A stretch of DNA of 64,000 nucleotides from an uncultured Coriobacteriia bacterium (GTDB lineage Bacteria > Actinomycetota > Coriobacteriia > Anaerosomatales > JAAXUF01). The notes below the pieces were generated by a model. That model searched no databases. It was given only the letters and a program-made list of their open reading frames with translations, and was not told the DNA's origin. Shown piece after piece: positions 9,013-18,985 of this stretch (positions are counted from its first letter, which is position 1; each line of letters starts with the position of its first letter). The stretch is from assembly GCA_963789515.1 (NCBI GenBank), contig CAWBKW010000002.1:510464-574463 (forward strand), written 5' to 3'. The translations under genes were made by a program, and so were the position numbers.

Positions 9013-10366
9013 GTGTCCGTGTTCGACCGAATCCTCGTCGCCAATCGCGGCGAAGTCGCATTGCGCGTCATCAGGGCCTGCAAGGAGATGGGCGTCGAGT
9101 CGGTCGCCGTCTACTCCGAGGCCGACAAGGACTCCCTTCCCGTCGCGATGGCGGACCATGCCGTCTGCATCGGTCCTGCTGTCAGCCGCGCAGTCCTACC
9201 TCAACATGCCCAACATCGTCTCGGCTGCGCTTCAGACCGGCGCTCAGGCGATCCACCCGGGCTACGGGTTCCTCGCCGAGAACGCCGACTTCGCGCGCGC
9301 CTGCGTGGATTCGGGCATCGTCTTCATCGGCCCCTCGCCTGACGCCATCGAGCGCATGGGCGACAAGTCGGTTGCTCGCGAAACCATGGCCGCCGCCGGT
9401 GTGCCGACGGTGCCGGGCAGCGAGGGAGTGGTTGAGACCTTCGACGAGGCACTCACTTTCGCTCAGCAGGTCGGCTTCCCGGTCCTCATCAAGGCGTCAG
9501 CGGGAGGCGGCGGCAAGGGGATGCGCGTCGCACGGGACATCGAGGAACTGAAGGTCAACCTTGTGGCCGCGAAGACCGAGGCCGGCGCGGCCTTCGGCAA
9601 CGATGCGGTCTACATCGAGAAGTACCTGCTGAGACCGCGCCATGTCGAGATGCAGGTACTGGCCGATAGCCACGGAAACGCCGTGCACCTCTACGAGCGG
9701 GACTGTTCGATTCAGCGGCGCCACCAGAAGCTCGTCGAAGAGGCTCCGAGTCCGGCCGTGACGCCGGAACTGCGTCAAGCCATGGGCGACGCGGCGATGA
9801 AGGCGGTGCGCGCCGTCAACTACGTCAACGCCGGTACCGTCGAGTTCCTGCTCGACACCGACGGCCGCTTCTACTTCATGGAGATGAACACCCGCGTCCA
9901 GGTCGAACACTGCATCACCGAGCAGATCACGGGCGTCGACATCATCAAGGAACAGATCCGAATCGCCGCGGGAGAGCCGATGCGGCACGCCACGCAGGAC
10001 AAGATCGTCAAGCGCGGTCACGCCATCGAGTTCCGCATCAACGCCGAGGATCCCGCGCACAACTTCCGGCCGCATCCGGGAGTGGTGAGCGTGTTCAATC
10101 CCCCGGGCGGGTTCGGAGTCCGCAACGACAGCCACGTCTACTCCGGCTACCGTGTGCCTTCGATGTACGACTCACTCCTCGGCAAGCTCATCGTATGGGG
10201 CGAGACGCGCGACGAGGCGGTCGCGCGCGCGCGGCGCGCGCTCGATGAGTTCATTGTCGTGGGCATTCCGACGACGATTCCGTTCCACCAGCTGGTCGTC
10301 GAGAACGCCGCGTTCGCACGAGGCGAAGTCTATACTGACTTCATTGAGACGGAGATGGCCGAGTAG
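9013..10366 (+). CDS. accC: biotin carboxylase (ATP-grasp); one apparent frameshift near 9175
   Basis: [27 protein letters not shown]… is in frame 1. It continues in frame 2 from about 9175 (…[15 protein letters not shown]…[11 protein letters not shown]…) to 10366. The combined length of about 450 aa is typical. Confidence 0.85.
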
Positions 10367-10387
10367 GCCGCAAGGGAGTGCGACGCG

Positions 10388-10738
10388 ATGTCAGATGAGA
10401 TCAAACTCGAAGGTCTGGGAATAGCCCCGGGCGTGCTCGATACGATCGTGACCGTGGCCGTCGAGGGAGTCGACGGCGTGGCGGCGGTCGGGGCGGCGGG
10501 ACTGGCCGGTCTCGTGCAGAAGGGGTCGCGCAAGGGCTCCTCGCGCGCCGTCGACGTCTGCGTGTCCGACGAGGGCGCCATCAGCGTCACGGTGCACGTA
10601 CAAGTCCTCTACGGGCATCGCATCAAGGACGTGGCCAGCGCCATCCAGGTCGTCGTCGCGGACGCGGTCACGAGCCAGGTCGGTGTGGACATCGCCGCGG
10701 TGGATGTCTACGTCGATGGCATCGTGTTCGCCGAGTAG
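10388..10738 (+). CDS. Asp23/Gls24 family (alkaline-shock-like) protein
   Basis: At 116 aa, the G/V/D-rich pattern MSDEIKLEGLGIAPGVLDTIVTVAVEGVDGV…VDVYVDGIVF fits Asp23. It sits directly upstream of nusB as in Firmicutes (accC-yqhY-nusB). Confidence 0.75.
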   Translation: MSDEIKLEGLGIAPGVLDTIVTVAVEGVDGVAAVGAAGLAGLVQKGSRKGSSRAVDVCVSDEGAISVTVHVQVLYGHRIKDVASAIQVVVADAVTSQVGVDIAAVDVYVDGIVFAE

Positions 10739-10744
10739 GCGCGC

Positions 10745-11176
10745 ATGCATGAACGCACCAGGGCGCGGCGCCAGGCGCTCCAGATCCTGTATCAGGCTGA
10801 TATCACCGGAGAGGACATCTCGACGATCCTCGCGTCGTCCACATACTCGGTCGAGGACGGAGAGCCCGACGACTTCTGCCGCGAACTCGTGACCGGAGTG
10901 GGTGCACACCTCGAGGAGATCGACGGCATCATCGGCGAGGTCTCGGAGAACTGGGTCGTATCGCGGATGCCGTTCGTCGACCGCAACATCCTCAGGCTCT
11001 CGACGTACGAGATCTACTACGGTGATGACGTACCCGCGAGTGTCGCGATCAACGAGGCGGTCGAACTGGCCAAGACGTACGGTGGTGAGGACTCCTCGAA
11101 GTTCGTCAACGGAGTGCTGGGCAAGATAGCGAGCAGACACACGGCGCAGATTGAGCAGGAGCTGCAGAATGGCTGA
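10745..11176 (+). CDS. nusB: transcription antitermination factor NusB
   Basis: MHERTRARRQALQILYQADITGEDI… at 143 aa. Confidence 0.9.
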   Translation: MHERTRARRQALQILYQADITGEDISTILASSTYSVEDGEPDDFCRELVTGVGAHLEEIDGIIGEVSENWVVSRMPFVDRNILRLSTYEIYYGDDVPASVAINEAVELAKTYGGEDSSKFVNGVLGKIASRHTAQIEQELQNG

Positions 11177-11531
11177 TGAGTCCTACAGTTTCTCGACCGC
11201 CCGCACGCGGCTTGAGGAGATCGTGACGCAGGTCCGCAAGAAGGACACGTCACTGGAGAAGAGCCTCGACCTGCTCGAAGAGGGAGTTCGGCTCGCCAAC
11301 GCCTGCACCGAGCTGATCGACCACGCTGACTGGGCCGCGGCGGAGGACGCGCCCGGAGCGTCCGTTCCGGATGGGGCGGTGGCGGACGCCACCGACGAAG
11401 ATCATGCGTCGGGCGCCGACGATGGTGCTGACGCCGACGTTGACGATGGGCACGACGATTCGTGGGCTGACGACGAGCCGCCGGCAGACGAGCGCGCGGC
11501 TGACGACGATCCCTCGGCTGACGAGCGGTAA
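11169..11531 (+). CDS. xseB: exodeoxyribonuclease VII small subunit with an extended acidic C-terminal tail
   Basis: MADESYSFSTARTRLEEIVTQVRKKDTSLEKSLDLLEEGVRLANACTELI matches the XseB helical-hairpin core. An Asp/Glu/Ala-rich tail of about 50 aa follows. No xseA is adjacent. It overlaps the nusB stop by 8 nt. Confidence 0.8.
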   Translation: MADESYSFSTARTRLEEIVTQVRKKDTSLEKSLDLLEEGVRLANACTELIDHADWAAAEDAPGASVPDGAVADATDEDHASGADDGADADVDDGHDDSWADDEPPADERAADDDPSADER

Positions 11532-11554
11532 CGCTGCGACTACGGTGCGCCGGG

Positions 11555-11585
11555 TTGCATTGGCGCAGCGTGCCGAGCGTACTAT
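11555..11585 (+). promoter_or_regulatory. candidate sigma-70-type promoter for leaderless dxs (TTGCAT-N19-TACTAT)
   Basis: ttgcat lies at 11555-60 and tactat at 11580-85. The dxs ATG at 11592 lies 7 nt after the -10 box, implying a leaderless mRNA. The 19-nt spacer is long, so this is tentative. Confidence 0.3.
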
Positions 11586-11591
11586 TCTCGG

Positions 11592-13608
11592 ATGACGGTG
11601 CGTGTTCCGGCACCCCGATGCGACGCAATGGAGATGATGGGCGAGGTGCCCGATCGTATTCTTGATTCCATAGAGGCGCCCTGCGACGTCAAGGCGCTCG
11701 ACGACGCGCAGCTCAGTCAGCTTGCCGACGAGATCCGCGATGAGCTTATCTCGACCGTCTCGCAGACCGGCGGCCACCTCGCCCCGAATCTCGGGGTTGT
11801 CGAGCTCACGCTCGGGATCCATCGCGCCCTTGACTGCCCGGATGACCGCATCATCTTCGACGTCGGGCATCAGTCCTACGTCCACAAGCTCATCACCGGC
11901 CGTCGCGAGCGCTTTTCGACGCTGCGTCAGTACGGAGGCGTGTGCGGCTTCCCCAAGCGGAGCGAGTCCAAGTTCGACTCCTTCGACACCGGGCATGCGT
12001 CTGATTCGCTCTCGGTCGCCCTTGGTATCGCGCTCGCACGGGATGCTCGCGGAGGGAATGAGACGGTCCTCGCGGTCATCGGTGACGGCTCGCTGACCGG
12101 CGGGATGTCCTTCGAGGCGCTCAACCACATCGGTCATCTCGGCACGCGACTCGTGATCGTCCTCAACGACAACGAGATGTCGATCTCTCAGAACGTCGGC
12201 GCGCTTGCGAGCTACCTGGCTCGGGTGCGTCTCGACCCGCGCTACACCAAGCTCCGTGACGGCGTCGAATCGAAGCTCGCGCAGACGATGGTCGGCCGCA
12301 TGTTCGTCGGCGCCGGGGAGGCGGTGAAGGGGTCGGTCAAGCAGCTGCTCGTTCCCGGCATGCTCTTCGAGGAGCTCGGCCTCAAGTACGTCGGACCGAT
12401 CGACGGTCACGATGTCGCTCAGGTCCAGACTGCCGTCGAGCGCGCTAAGGCCAACGACGGCCCGGTCATCATCCACGCCGTGACGCGCAAGGGCCAGGGC
12501 TATCCGCACGCCGAGGAACAGCCTGATGCCTTCCATGGGATCGGCCCGTTCTCCGTGTCGACCGGCAAAGCGAACGGCTCAGGCGGCCCCATCAGCTTCA
12601 CCGAGGCCTTCTCTCGCGCGCTCGTCGCGGAGGCTGCCCGGGATGAGCGCATCGTCGCCATCACGGCGGCCATGCCGTCCGGCACGGGGTTGGATCGCTT
12701 CGCCGAGTCGTATCCGGACCGGTTCTACGACGTCGGCATCGCCGAGCAGCACGCCGTCGGCATGGCGGCCGGTCTGGCGGTCGGCGGTCTTCTGCCCGTG
12801 GTCGCGATCTACTCGACGTTCATGCAGCGTGCCTACGACCAGATGATCATGGACGTCGCGTTGCAGAACCTGCACGTGGTGTTCTGCCTCGACCGTGCGG
12901 GACTCGTCGGCGAGGACGGTCCGACGCACCACGGCGTGTTCGACCTGAGCTACCTTCGCTCGATTCCCAACATGATGGTGCTCGCGCCCGCTGACGAGGC
13001 TGAACTGGCCGAGGCGCTTCATACCGGGTTGACGGCCGAGGGACCGGTGGCCATCCGCTACCCCCGCGGTTCCGGGAGCGGTGTCGAGATGCCTGTCGAG
13101 CCGGTCGCCTGGGAAGCGGCCCGCGCCCAGATCCGCTCGCGCGGCACTGACGTCGCGCTTCTAGGAGTCGGGCGCACCGTCCCCATGTGCGAGGCCGCGG
13201 CCGAGATCCTCGCCGGCCAGGGTGTCTCGGCGAGCGTCGTCAACGCACGCTGGGTCAAGCCGCTCGACTTCGAGACCGTTTCGTGGGCCGCATCGGAGCA
13301 CCGGCTTGTCGTGACGGTGGAGGACAACACCTCCATGGGTGGCTTCGGCGGCGCGGTATGCGAGGCGCTGGCCGATCTCGGACTTGCGACCCCTGTCCTC
13401 CGCATGGCCATTCCGGACTGTTTCGTCACACACGGCGCGATGCCCAAGTTGCTCTCCGACGTCGGGTCTGACCGCGGAAAGCATCGCAGCCGCCGCGCTC
13501 GGTCGGTTGAGCGACATCCCGCCGCGCGCCGAGTCAGCGCGGGACCAGACGGTCACAGCGGAGGCGAAGGCCCATGACGCGGAGCCGCATCGACGTCATC
13601 CTCGTTGA
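11592..13608 (+). CDS. dxs: 1-deoxy-D-xylulose-5-phosphate synthase; apparent frameshift near the 3' end (~13450)
   Basis: …GGHLAPNLGVVELTLGIHRALDCPDDRIIFDVGHQSYVHKLITGRRE… (TPP-binding) with the transketolase-like middle and C-terminal domains. The genuine C-terminus …GLTAESIAAAALGRLSD is read in frame 1 (ORF 13339..13608). The main-frame tail is Arg-rich junk. Confidence 0.9.
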
Positions 13609-14371
13609 CAGAGGGCTGTTCCCGTCGCGCGAGCAGGCCAGGGCGGCGTTGCTCGCGGGTGAGGTCCGTGTCTCCGACCAAGTGGTAACCAAGGCCGGTC
13701 AGCTGGTCGATGAGGCCGCTCAGATCCAGGTCGCCGAGAGGCCGCGCTTCGTGTCTCGCGGGGGAGAGAAGCTTGCCGGCGCACTCGATACCTTCACGCT
13801 CGACGTCTCCGGTCTTCGCATCGTCGATGTAGGCGCTTCCACCGGAGGATTCACCGACTGCGTTCTGCAGCGCGGAGCGTCGTCGGTCTGTGCGGTCGAC
13901 GTCGGCTACGGGCAGCTTGCGTGGCAACTCAGGACCGATCCCCGGGTAACCGTCTTCGAGCGGACGAACATCCGAGGGGCAGATCCCGCCAATCTCGGCG
14001 CCCCCTTCGACGTGGCGGTCACCGACGTCTCGTTCATCTCGCTTCGCAAGGTGCTCCCCAACCTCGTTTCGCTACTCGACGCCGACGACGGACAGCTGGT
14101 GGCACTGGTAAAGCCTCAGTTCGAAGTGGGTAAGGGACGAGTGGGAAAACGGGGCGTGGTGCGAGACCCGCTGCTTCACCGCGAGGTGCTCGAGGCATCC
14201 GCGGAAGGCTGTGTCGAGGCAGGACTGATCGTTTGCGGACTGACCTTCTCGCCCATCAAGGGTCCTGAGGGTAACATCGAGTTCTGGATCTGGGCGGCTC
14301 GCCGTGGCGTACCGGCCCTCGACAGTGTGGAATCGGTGGTCGAGATGGCCCACCTCAAGCTGGGAGGCTAG
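13574..14371 (+). CDS. tlyA: TlyA family rRNA (cytidine-2'-O)-methyltransferase / hemolysin A-like
   Basis: MTRSRIDVILVDRGLFPSREQARAALLAGEVRV… is the S4 domain. …VDVGASTGGFTDCVLQRGA… is the FtsJ-like MTase motif. Confidence 0.85.
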   Translation: MTRSRIDVILVDRGLFPSREQARAALLAGEVRVSDQVVTKAGQLVDEAAQIQVAERPRFVSRGGEKLAGALDTFTLDVSGLRIVDVGASTGGFTDCVLQRGASSVCAVDVGYGQLAWQLRTDPRVTVFERTNIRGADPANLGAPFDVAVTDVSFISLRKVLPNLVSLLDADDGQLVALVKPQFEVGKGRVGKRGVVRDPLLHREVLEASAEGCVEAGLIVCGLTFSPIKGPEGNIEFWIWAARRGVPALDSVESVVEMAHLKLGG

Positions 14372-14374
14372 TCG

Positions 14375-15229
14375 ATGCGCGTCTTGCTCGTCCCGAACAC
14401 CGCCAATCCTGCGGCGATAGGCGCCGCGGTGGAGCTTGCGACGTGGCTCAGTGGCCGGGGGCTCGAGCCCCGGATGGCGGTCACCGATGCCACTGAGTGC
14501 GGTTTGGCCGACCTCGCCATCGCGCCCTCGGAGATCGGCGAACCGGTGCTCACCGTCGCGCTGGGCGGCGACGGGACCATCCTCAAGGCGGTCCATCTCC
14601 TCGGCGAAGTGGAAGTACCGTTGCTTGGCGTGAAGTTCGGCAGGCTCGGGTTTCTTTCCGGGGCCGCGCCCGGATCGATTCGTCAGGCCATCGAGACCGT
14701 ACTGGCGGGCGAGGCGCGGCTCGAGCGGCGGGCGACGTTGAGTGCCGAGGTGATCATGGAAGGCCGGAGCGTCGGCCGGTACCGTGCTCTCAACGAGGTC
14801 GTGGTGTCGCGCGGCGCGTCCGCCCGCGTCGTCGCCTTGGACGTGGCGGTCGATGGGCACCGGGTGATCTCGACACGCGCCGACGGCGTCATCGTCGCTA
14901 CGGCCACCGGTTCGACCGCCTACGCGCTTTCAGCCGGTGGGCCGGTGGCGGCGCCGGAGTTCGGCGGCATGGTCGTGGTGCCGGTGGCCCCTCACACGCT
15001 GCAGACTCGCTCGCTGGTGACCGGGAGCGCCGACGTCGTTGAGATCACCCTGCCGGACCCGTCCCGCGCTGACGCGTGCGTCGTGGTCGACGGCGACCCT
15101 ATGCCGTGTCGAAGGTCCATCGAGCGCGTGATCGTCTCACGCGGGGATCACGATGTGCTGCTGGTCAAACTCGACGGCCGCGACTTCTACCAGACGGTGG
15201 CCGAGGAGTTCTTCGGAGGCGCGCGTTGA
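14375..15229 (+). CDS. nadK: NAD kinase
   Basis: …VALGGDGTILKAVHLL… is the GGDG motif. Length 284 aa. Confidence 0.9.
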   Translation: MRVLLVPNTANPAAIGAAVELATWLSGRGLEPRMAVTDATECGLADLAIAPSEIGEPVLTVALGGDGTILKAVHLLGEVEVPLLGVKFGRLGFLSGAAPGSIRQAIETVLAGEARLERRATLSAEVIMEGRSVGRYRALNEVVVSRGASARVVALDVAVDGHRVISTRADGVIVATATGSTAYALSAGGPVAAPEFGGMVVVPVAPHTLQTRSLVTGSADVVEITLPDPSRADACVVVDGDPMPCRRSIERVIVSRGDHDVLLVKLDGRDFYQTVAEEFFGGAR

Positions 15230-16855
15230 TCGAAGAGCTCCACGTCCGGGACCTCGCCCTGATCGAGGAGGTCTGGCTCGAGTTCTCAGCGGGCATGACC
15301 GTCATGAGCGGGGAGACCGGCGCGGGCAAGACCGCCCTGGTCGGCGCTCTCAAGTTGTTGCTCGGGGAACGTGCCGATGCCGGCGCGGTCCGTGCGGGCC
15401 AGGCCGAGGCCATGGTCGAGGGGCGGTTCGCAGACGCCGACGGGGAGAGTGTGGCCAGGCGGCGCGTCGGTTCCGACGGGCGCAGCCGGTGCATGCTCGA
15501 CGGCCAGATGGCGACGGTCGGCGCACTCGCGGAGCGGCTCGGGCCCCTGGTCGACCTGCACGGCCAACACGAGCACCAGGCGCTGCTTTCTTCGGCGACG
15601 CACGTCACGTATCTCGATCGCTGGGTCGGTGACGCGGCCCTGAGCGCACTCGCTGAGTATCGCGATGCGCGGGGGGAGCACGCCGCGACGCTCAGGGCAA
15701 GATCCGAGCTCGAGGAGCGGTTGGCGCGGGCCGAGCAGAACTCCGACTACTATCGGTTCGTTGCCGAGGAGATCGACCGCGTCGACCCCGTTCCCGGCGA
15801 AGATGCGGCTCTCGAGGCACGGCTTCCGGCGCTCCAGCACGGCGAGCAGCTCGCTCGAGGCCGCGAACGTTGCGGCAGAGGCCCTCCGCGGGGACGGGGG
15901 GGCGCTCGACGCGATCGCGACGGCAACCGCGTCGCTCTCGCGCGCCAAGGGGGTCGACCCGGCCCTCGATGTCCTCGCGGAGCAGCTCGGGGAAGCGTCC
16001 GCTCTCGTTGACGATGCGAGCGCCGAGTTACGCGCCTACCGCGACCGCGTCGAGCACGACTCGGCGGCGCTCGACGAGGTTCTGGAACGCCTGGGCCAGC
16101 TCACCGGCCTGATGCGCAAGTACGGCCCCGATCTCGACTCGGTGCTTGCGGCGCGGGCGGAAGCGGCCGGGGCACTGTCGGTGCGCGAGCAGGGATCGGG
16201 CGAGGCCGAGCGGGCGCGAGCAGCGGTCGAGCTGGCGCGGACACGCCTGCAGGCGGCGGCAAGGACCCTCGAAAGCGTCCGTGCTTCGGCCGCGCCCGAG
16301 TTCGTTGACGCGCTCTCCGATGCCGTCTCGGACCTCGCGATGTCGGGCGCACGCTTCGAGGTGGCCTTCGGCGAGCTGCCGTTCGATGCTTGGACGGCCG
16401 ATGGGTCCCAGCGCGTCGAGTTCCTCTTTGCCCCCGCGCCCGGTCAGCCGGCACGCCCGCTTGCGCGAATCGCTTCCGGCGGTGAACTCTCGCGCGTGAT
16501 GCTGGCACTCAAGGGCGTTCTCGGCGAGGCGGACACGGTTCGTACGCTCGTGTTCGATGAGGTCGACGCCGGTATCGGCGGTGCCACCGCGCACGCGGTC
16601 GGACGGCGGCTTCGGGAACTCTCGCATACCCACCAGGTCATCGTCGTCACCCACCTCGCACAAGTCGCGGCGTACGCCGATACGCAGGTGGTTGTCGAGA
16701 AGAGCCTGTCGGATGACTCGGCGTCAACGGCGGTGCGAATCGTCGACGGATTCGATCGCGAGAGCGAGATCGCACGGATGCTCTCGGGCAACGATTCAGC
16801 CGCGAGTCTCGCCCACGCCCGCGAGTTGCTCGCCGAGGCGGCAGCGACTCGCTGA
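15226..16855 (+). CDS. recN: DNA repair protein RecN; one apparent frameshift near 15850
   Basis: TTG start overlapping the nadK stop: LIEELHVRDLALIEEVWLEFSAGMTVMSGETGAGKTALV… is the Walker A. The C-terminal half, in frame 2, carries …LSRVMLALK…VFDEVDAGIGG…THLAQVAAYA…. Confidence 0.85.
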
Positions 16856-16994
16856 GTGATTCCGTCGGCCCGCTCTTCGGACCGTCGGTCGTCCCGGCGT
16901 TGACACCCGCCCTGCTATGCTGGAACCCGTTGCCGAGGGAGCGCGCAGCCACGGAGCGCCATCCCCGCCGTCCGTCCCACCACACTGGAGACCC

Positions 16995-18110
16995 ATGCGC
17001 CACCAAGGCACCGCGAAGCTCGACAAGCGGACCAAGGACCTCGTCCAGCGGCTCGGTCCCGAAGACGTGGCGATCATCGACCACGTCGACATGGACCGTG
17101 TGAGCGCCGAGTCACTCGTCGCGAGCGGCGTGGAAGTGGTCGTGAACGCCTCTCCGTCGATCTCGGGAGCCTATCCGAATGTCGGGCCGCTCCTGCTTGC
17201 TCGCGGCGGAGTCACGCTCATCGACGACGTGGGCCGAGAGATATTCGACACCATCGACGAGGGCGACCAGATCGAGGTCGTCGGCGATGAGGTCCTCCGC
17301 GACGGGGTGGTCCACGCTGTGGGGGCCCGGCTGACCGTTGCGGAGATCGAGCAGAAGATGGAGGAGGCCAAGGCCGGACTCGGCGAGCAACTCGATCGTT
17401 TCGCGCGCAATACCATCGAGTACCTCGAGAAGGAGAAGTCGATACTGACTGACGAGACCTGGGTCCCTGAGACCAAGGTCGAGATGTACGGCCGCCACGT
17501 CCTGGTCGTTGTGAGGGGCTATGACTTCAAGCAGGACCTCGATGCCCTGAAGCCGTATGTGAGTGAGATGCGACCCGTGCTGGTCGGCGTGGACGGGGGA
17601 GCCGATGCGATCATGGAGGCCGGCTTCTCGCCCGACATCATCGTCGGCGACATGGACTCGGTGACCGACCAGGCTCTCAAGAGCGGGGCGCAGCTCATCG
17701 TGCACGCGTACGAGGACGGTCGCGCGCCCGGCATGGAGCGGCTGACCCAGCTCGGACTCGAGGGGACGCCGTGGCCGCTGGCGGCCACGAGCGAGGACCT
17801 GGCGCTGCTCCTCGCCTGGGAGTCGGGCGCGGACCTGATCGTGGCGGTCGGCACGCACGCCAATCTCGTTGAGTACCTCGACAAGGGGCGCAAGGGCATG
17901 GCGAGCTCATTCCTTGTCAGGCTCAAGGTGGGGCCGAAGCTCGTCGACGCGAAGGGCGTCAACAAGCTCTACCGCGCCTCGGTGAGCCCCGGCTACCTCA
18001 TCCTCATCGTCGCCGCCGCGTTGGTGGTCGTTTCGGCAGTGGTCCTGATCTCTCCGGTGGCGCGCTCATTCATCGAGCTCGTCGTATTGCGGATCCGCGC
18101 GTCCTTCTAG
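16995..18110 (+). CDS. SteA-like putative cytokinetic-ring protein (Rv1697-type, TPK-catalytic-domain-like plus C-terminal TM)
   Basis: Its position directly after recN matches Corynebacterineae steA. It is a soluble domain followed by a C-terminal hydrophobic helix (…GYLILIVAAALVVVSAVVLI…). The start was chosen at ATG 16995 because of a GGAG RBS. Confidence 0.5.
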   Translation: MRHQGTAKLDKRTKDLVQRLGPEDVAIIDHVDMDRVSAESLVASGVEVVVNASPSISGAYPNVGPLLLARGGVTLIDDVGREIFDTIDEGDQIEVVGDEVLRDGVVHAVGARLTVAEIEQKMEEAKAGLGEQLDRFARNTIEYLEKEKSILTDETWVPETKVEMYGRHVLVVVRGYDFKQDLDALKPYVSEMRPVLVGVDGGADAIMEAGFSPDIIVGDMDSVTDQALKSGAQLIVHAYEDGRAPGMERLTQLGLEGTPWPLAATSEDLALLLAWESGADLIVAVGTHANLVEYLDKGRKGMASSFLVRLKVGPKLVDAKGVNKLYRASVSPGYLILIVAAALVVVSAVVLISPVARSFIELVVLRIRASF

Positions 18111-18132
18111 CATCTGACCGCCCTGCAAGGAG

Positions 18133-18985
18133 TTGCCCGTGTACAACATCAGGTATCACATCGCATCACTGGTGGCCGTGTTCCTCGCGCTCGCGCTCGG
18201 TCTGGTATTGGGCGGATTGGTGGTGCGGCAGGGGGGCTTTGACAAGCAGCAGAGCGCCATCGTGTCGGGCCTGCAGAAGGAGTTCGCCTCCCTCAAGAGA
18301 CAGAACACGAAGCTGAAGAGCGACCTGTCCTTCGAGAAGGGGTTCTCGACCCAGATGACCACCGCATGGATCACGGGCCGACTCAGCGGACGATCGGTTC
18401 TGGTCATCACGACAGCCAAGAAGGGCGCAGCCGGAGATGCGGCGATCGAGGCGATCAAGGCCGCCGGCGGCAACGCGGCCGTGGTGACCATGATCAAGCC
18501 CGAGTTCGGCCTCGCCGACAAGACCGTCGTCGCGGCCGCTGCGGTCGGTGCTCGGCAGCTCGACGGAACTCAAGACCGGGGTTCCGAGCGCACTGGCCTC
18601 CGAGTGGAGCACGCCCGACGTGGCGCGCCCGGTGACCGACGCGCTCCAGACCGCAGGCGCGATCACGGTGACCGGTCTACCCAGCAGCATCGGTGCCACG
18701 CAGGTCGTCGATGTCGCGGCGTTCGAGGGGAAGCCGGATGCGCTCGCGCTGGATGTCGCCCAGGCCTACGCTGCCGCCGGGCGCTTCGCACTGGGCGCTC
18801 AGATGCCTACGCCCGACACGGGGGTGGCCGCCGCCGCCGCTGCTCGCCAACTCTCGGCGTTCGACACGCTCGGCACAAACGCCGGCCGCTTCACCCTCGT
18901 CGCGCTCTTCACCGGAGGCGAGCAGGGGTTCTACAGCGTCGACTCCAACGCCACGGCGAAGTATCCGCCGGTTCCGGTGCCCTAG
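18133..18985 (+). CDS. SteB/MctB-like (DUF3186-type) membrane-anchored protein; apparent frameshift near 18570
   Basis: N-terminal TM MPVYNIRYHIASLVAVFLALALGLVLGGLVV followed by a coiled-coil segment. It continues in frame 2 (…ELKTGVPSALASEW…FTLVALFTGGEQGF…). Its position after the steA-like gene matches Rv1698. Confidence 0.5.

Noticed and set aside
16900-16925. A perfect TTGACA hexamer upstream of the steA-like gene.
   Set aside because: The only TAnnnT downstream (TATGCT) is 10 bp away, too short for a sigma-70 spacer. No credible -10 lies at 16-19 bp.
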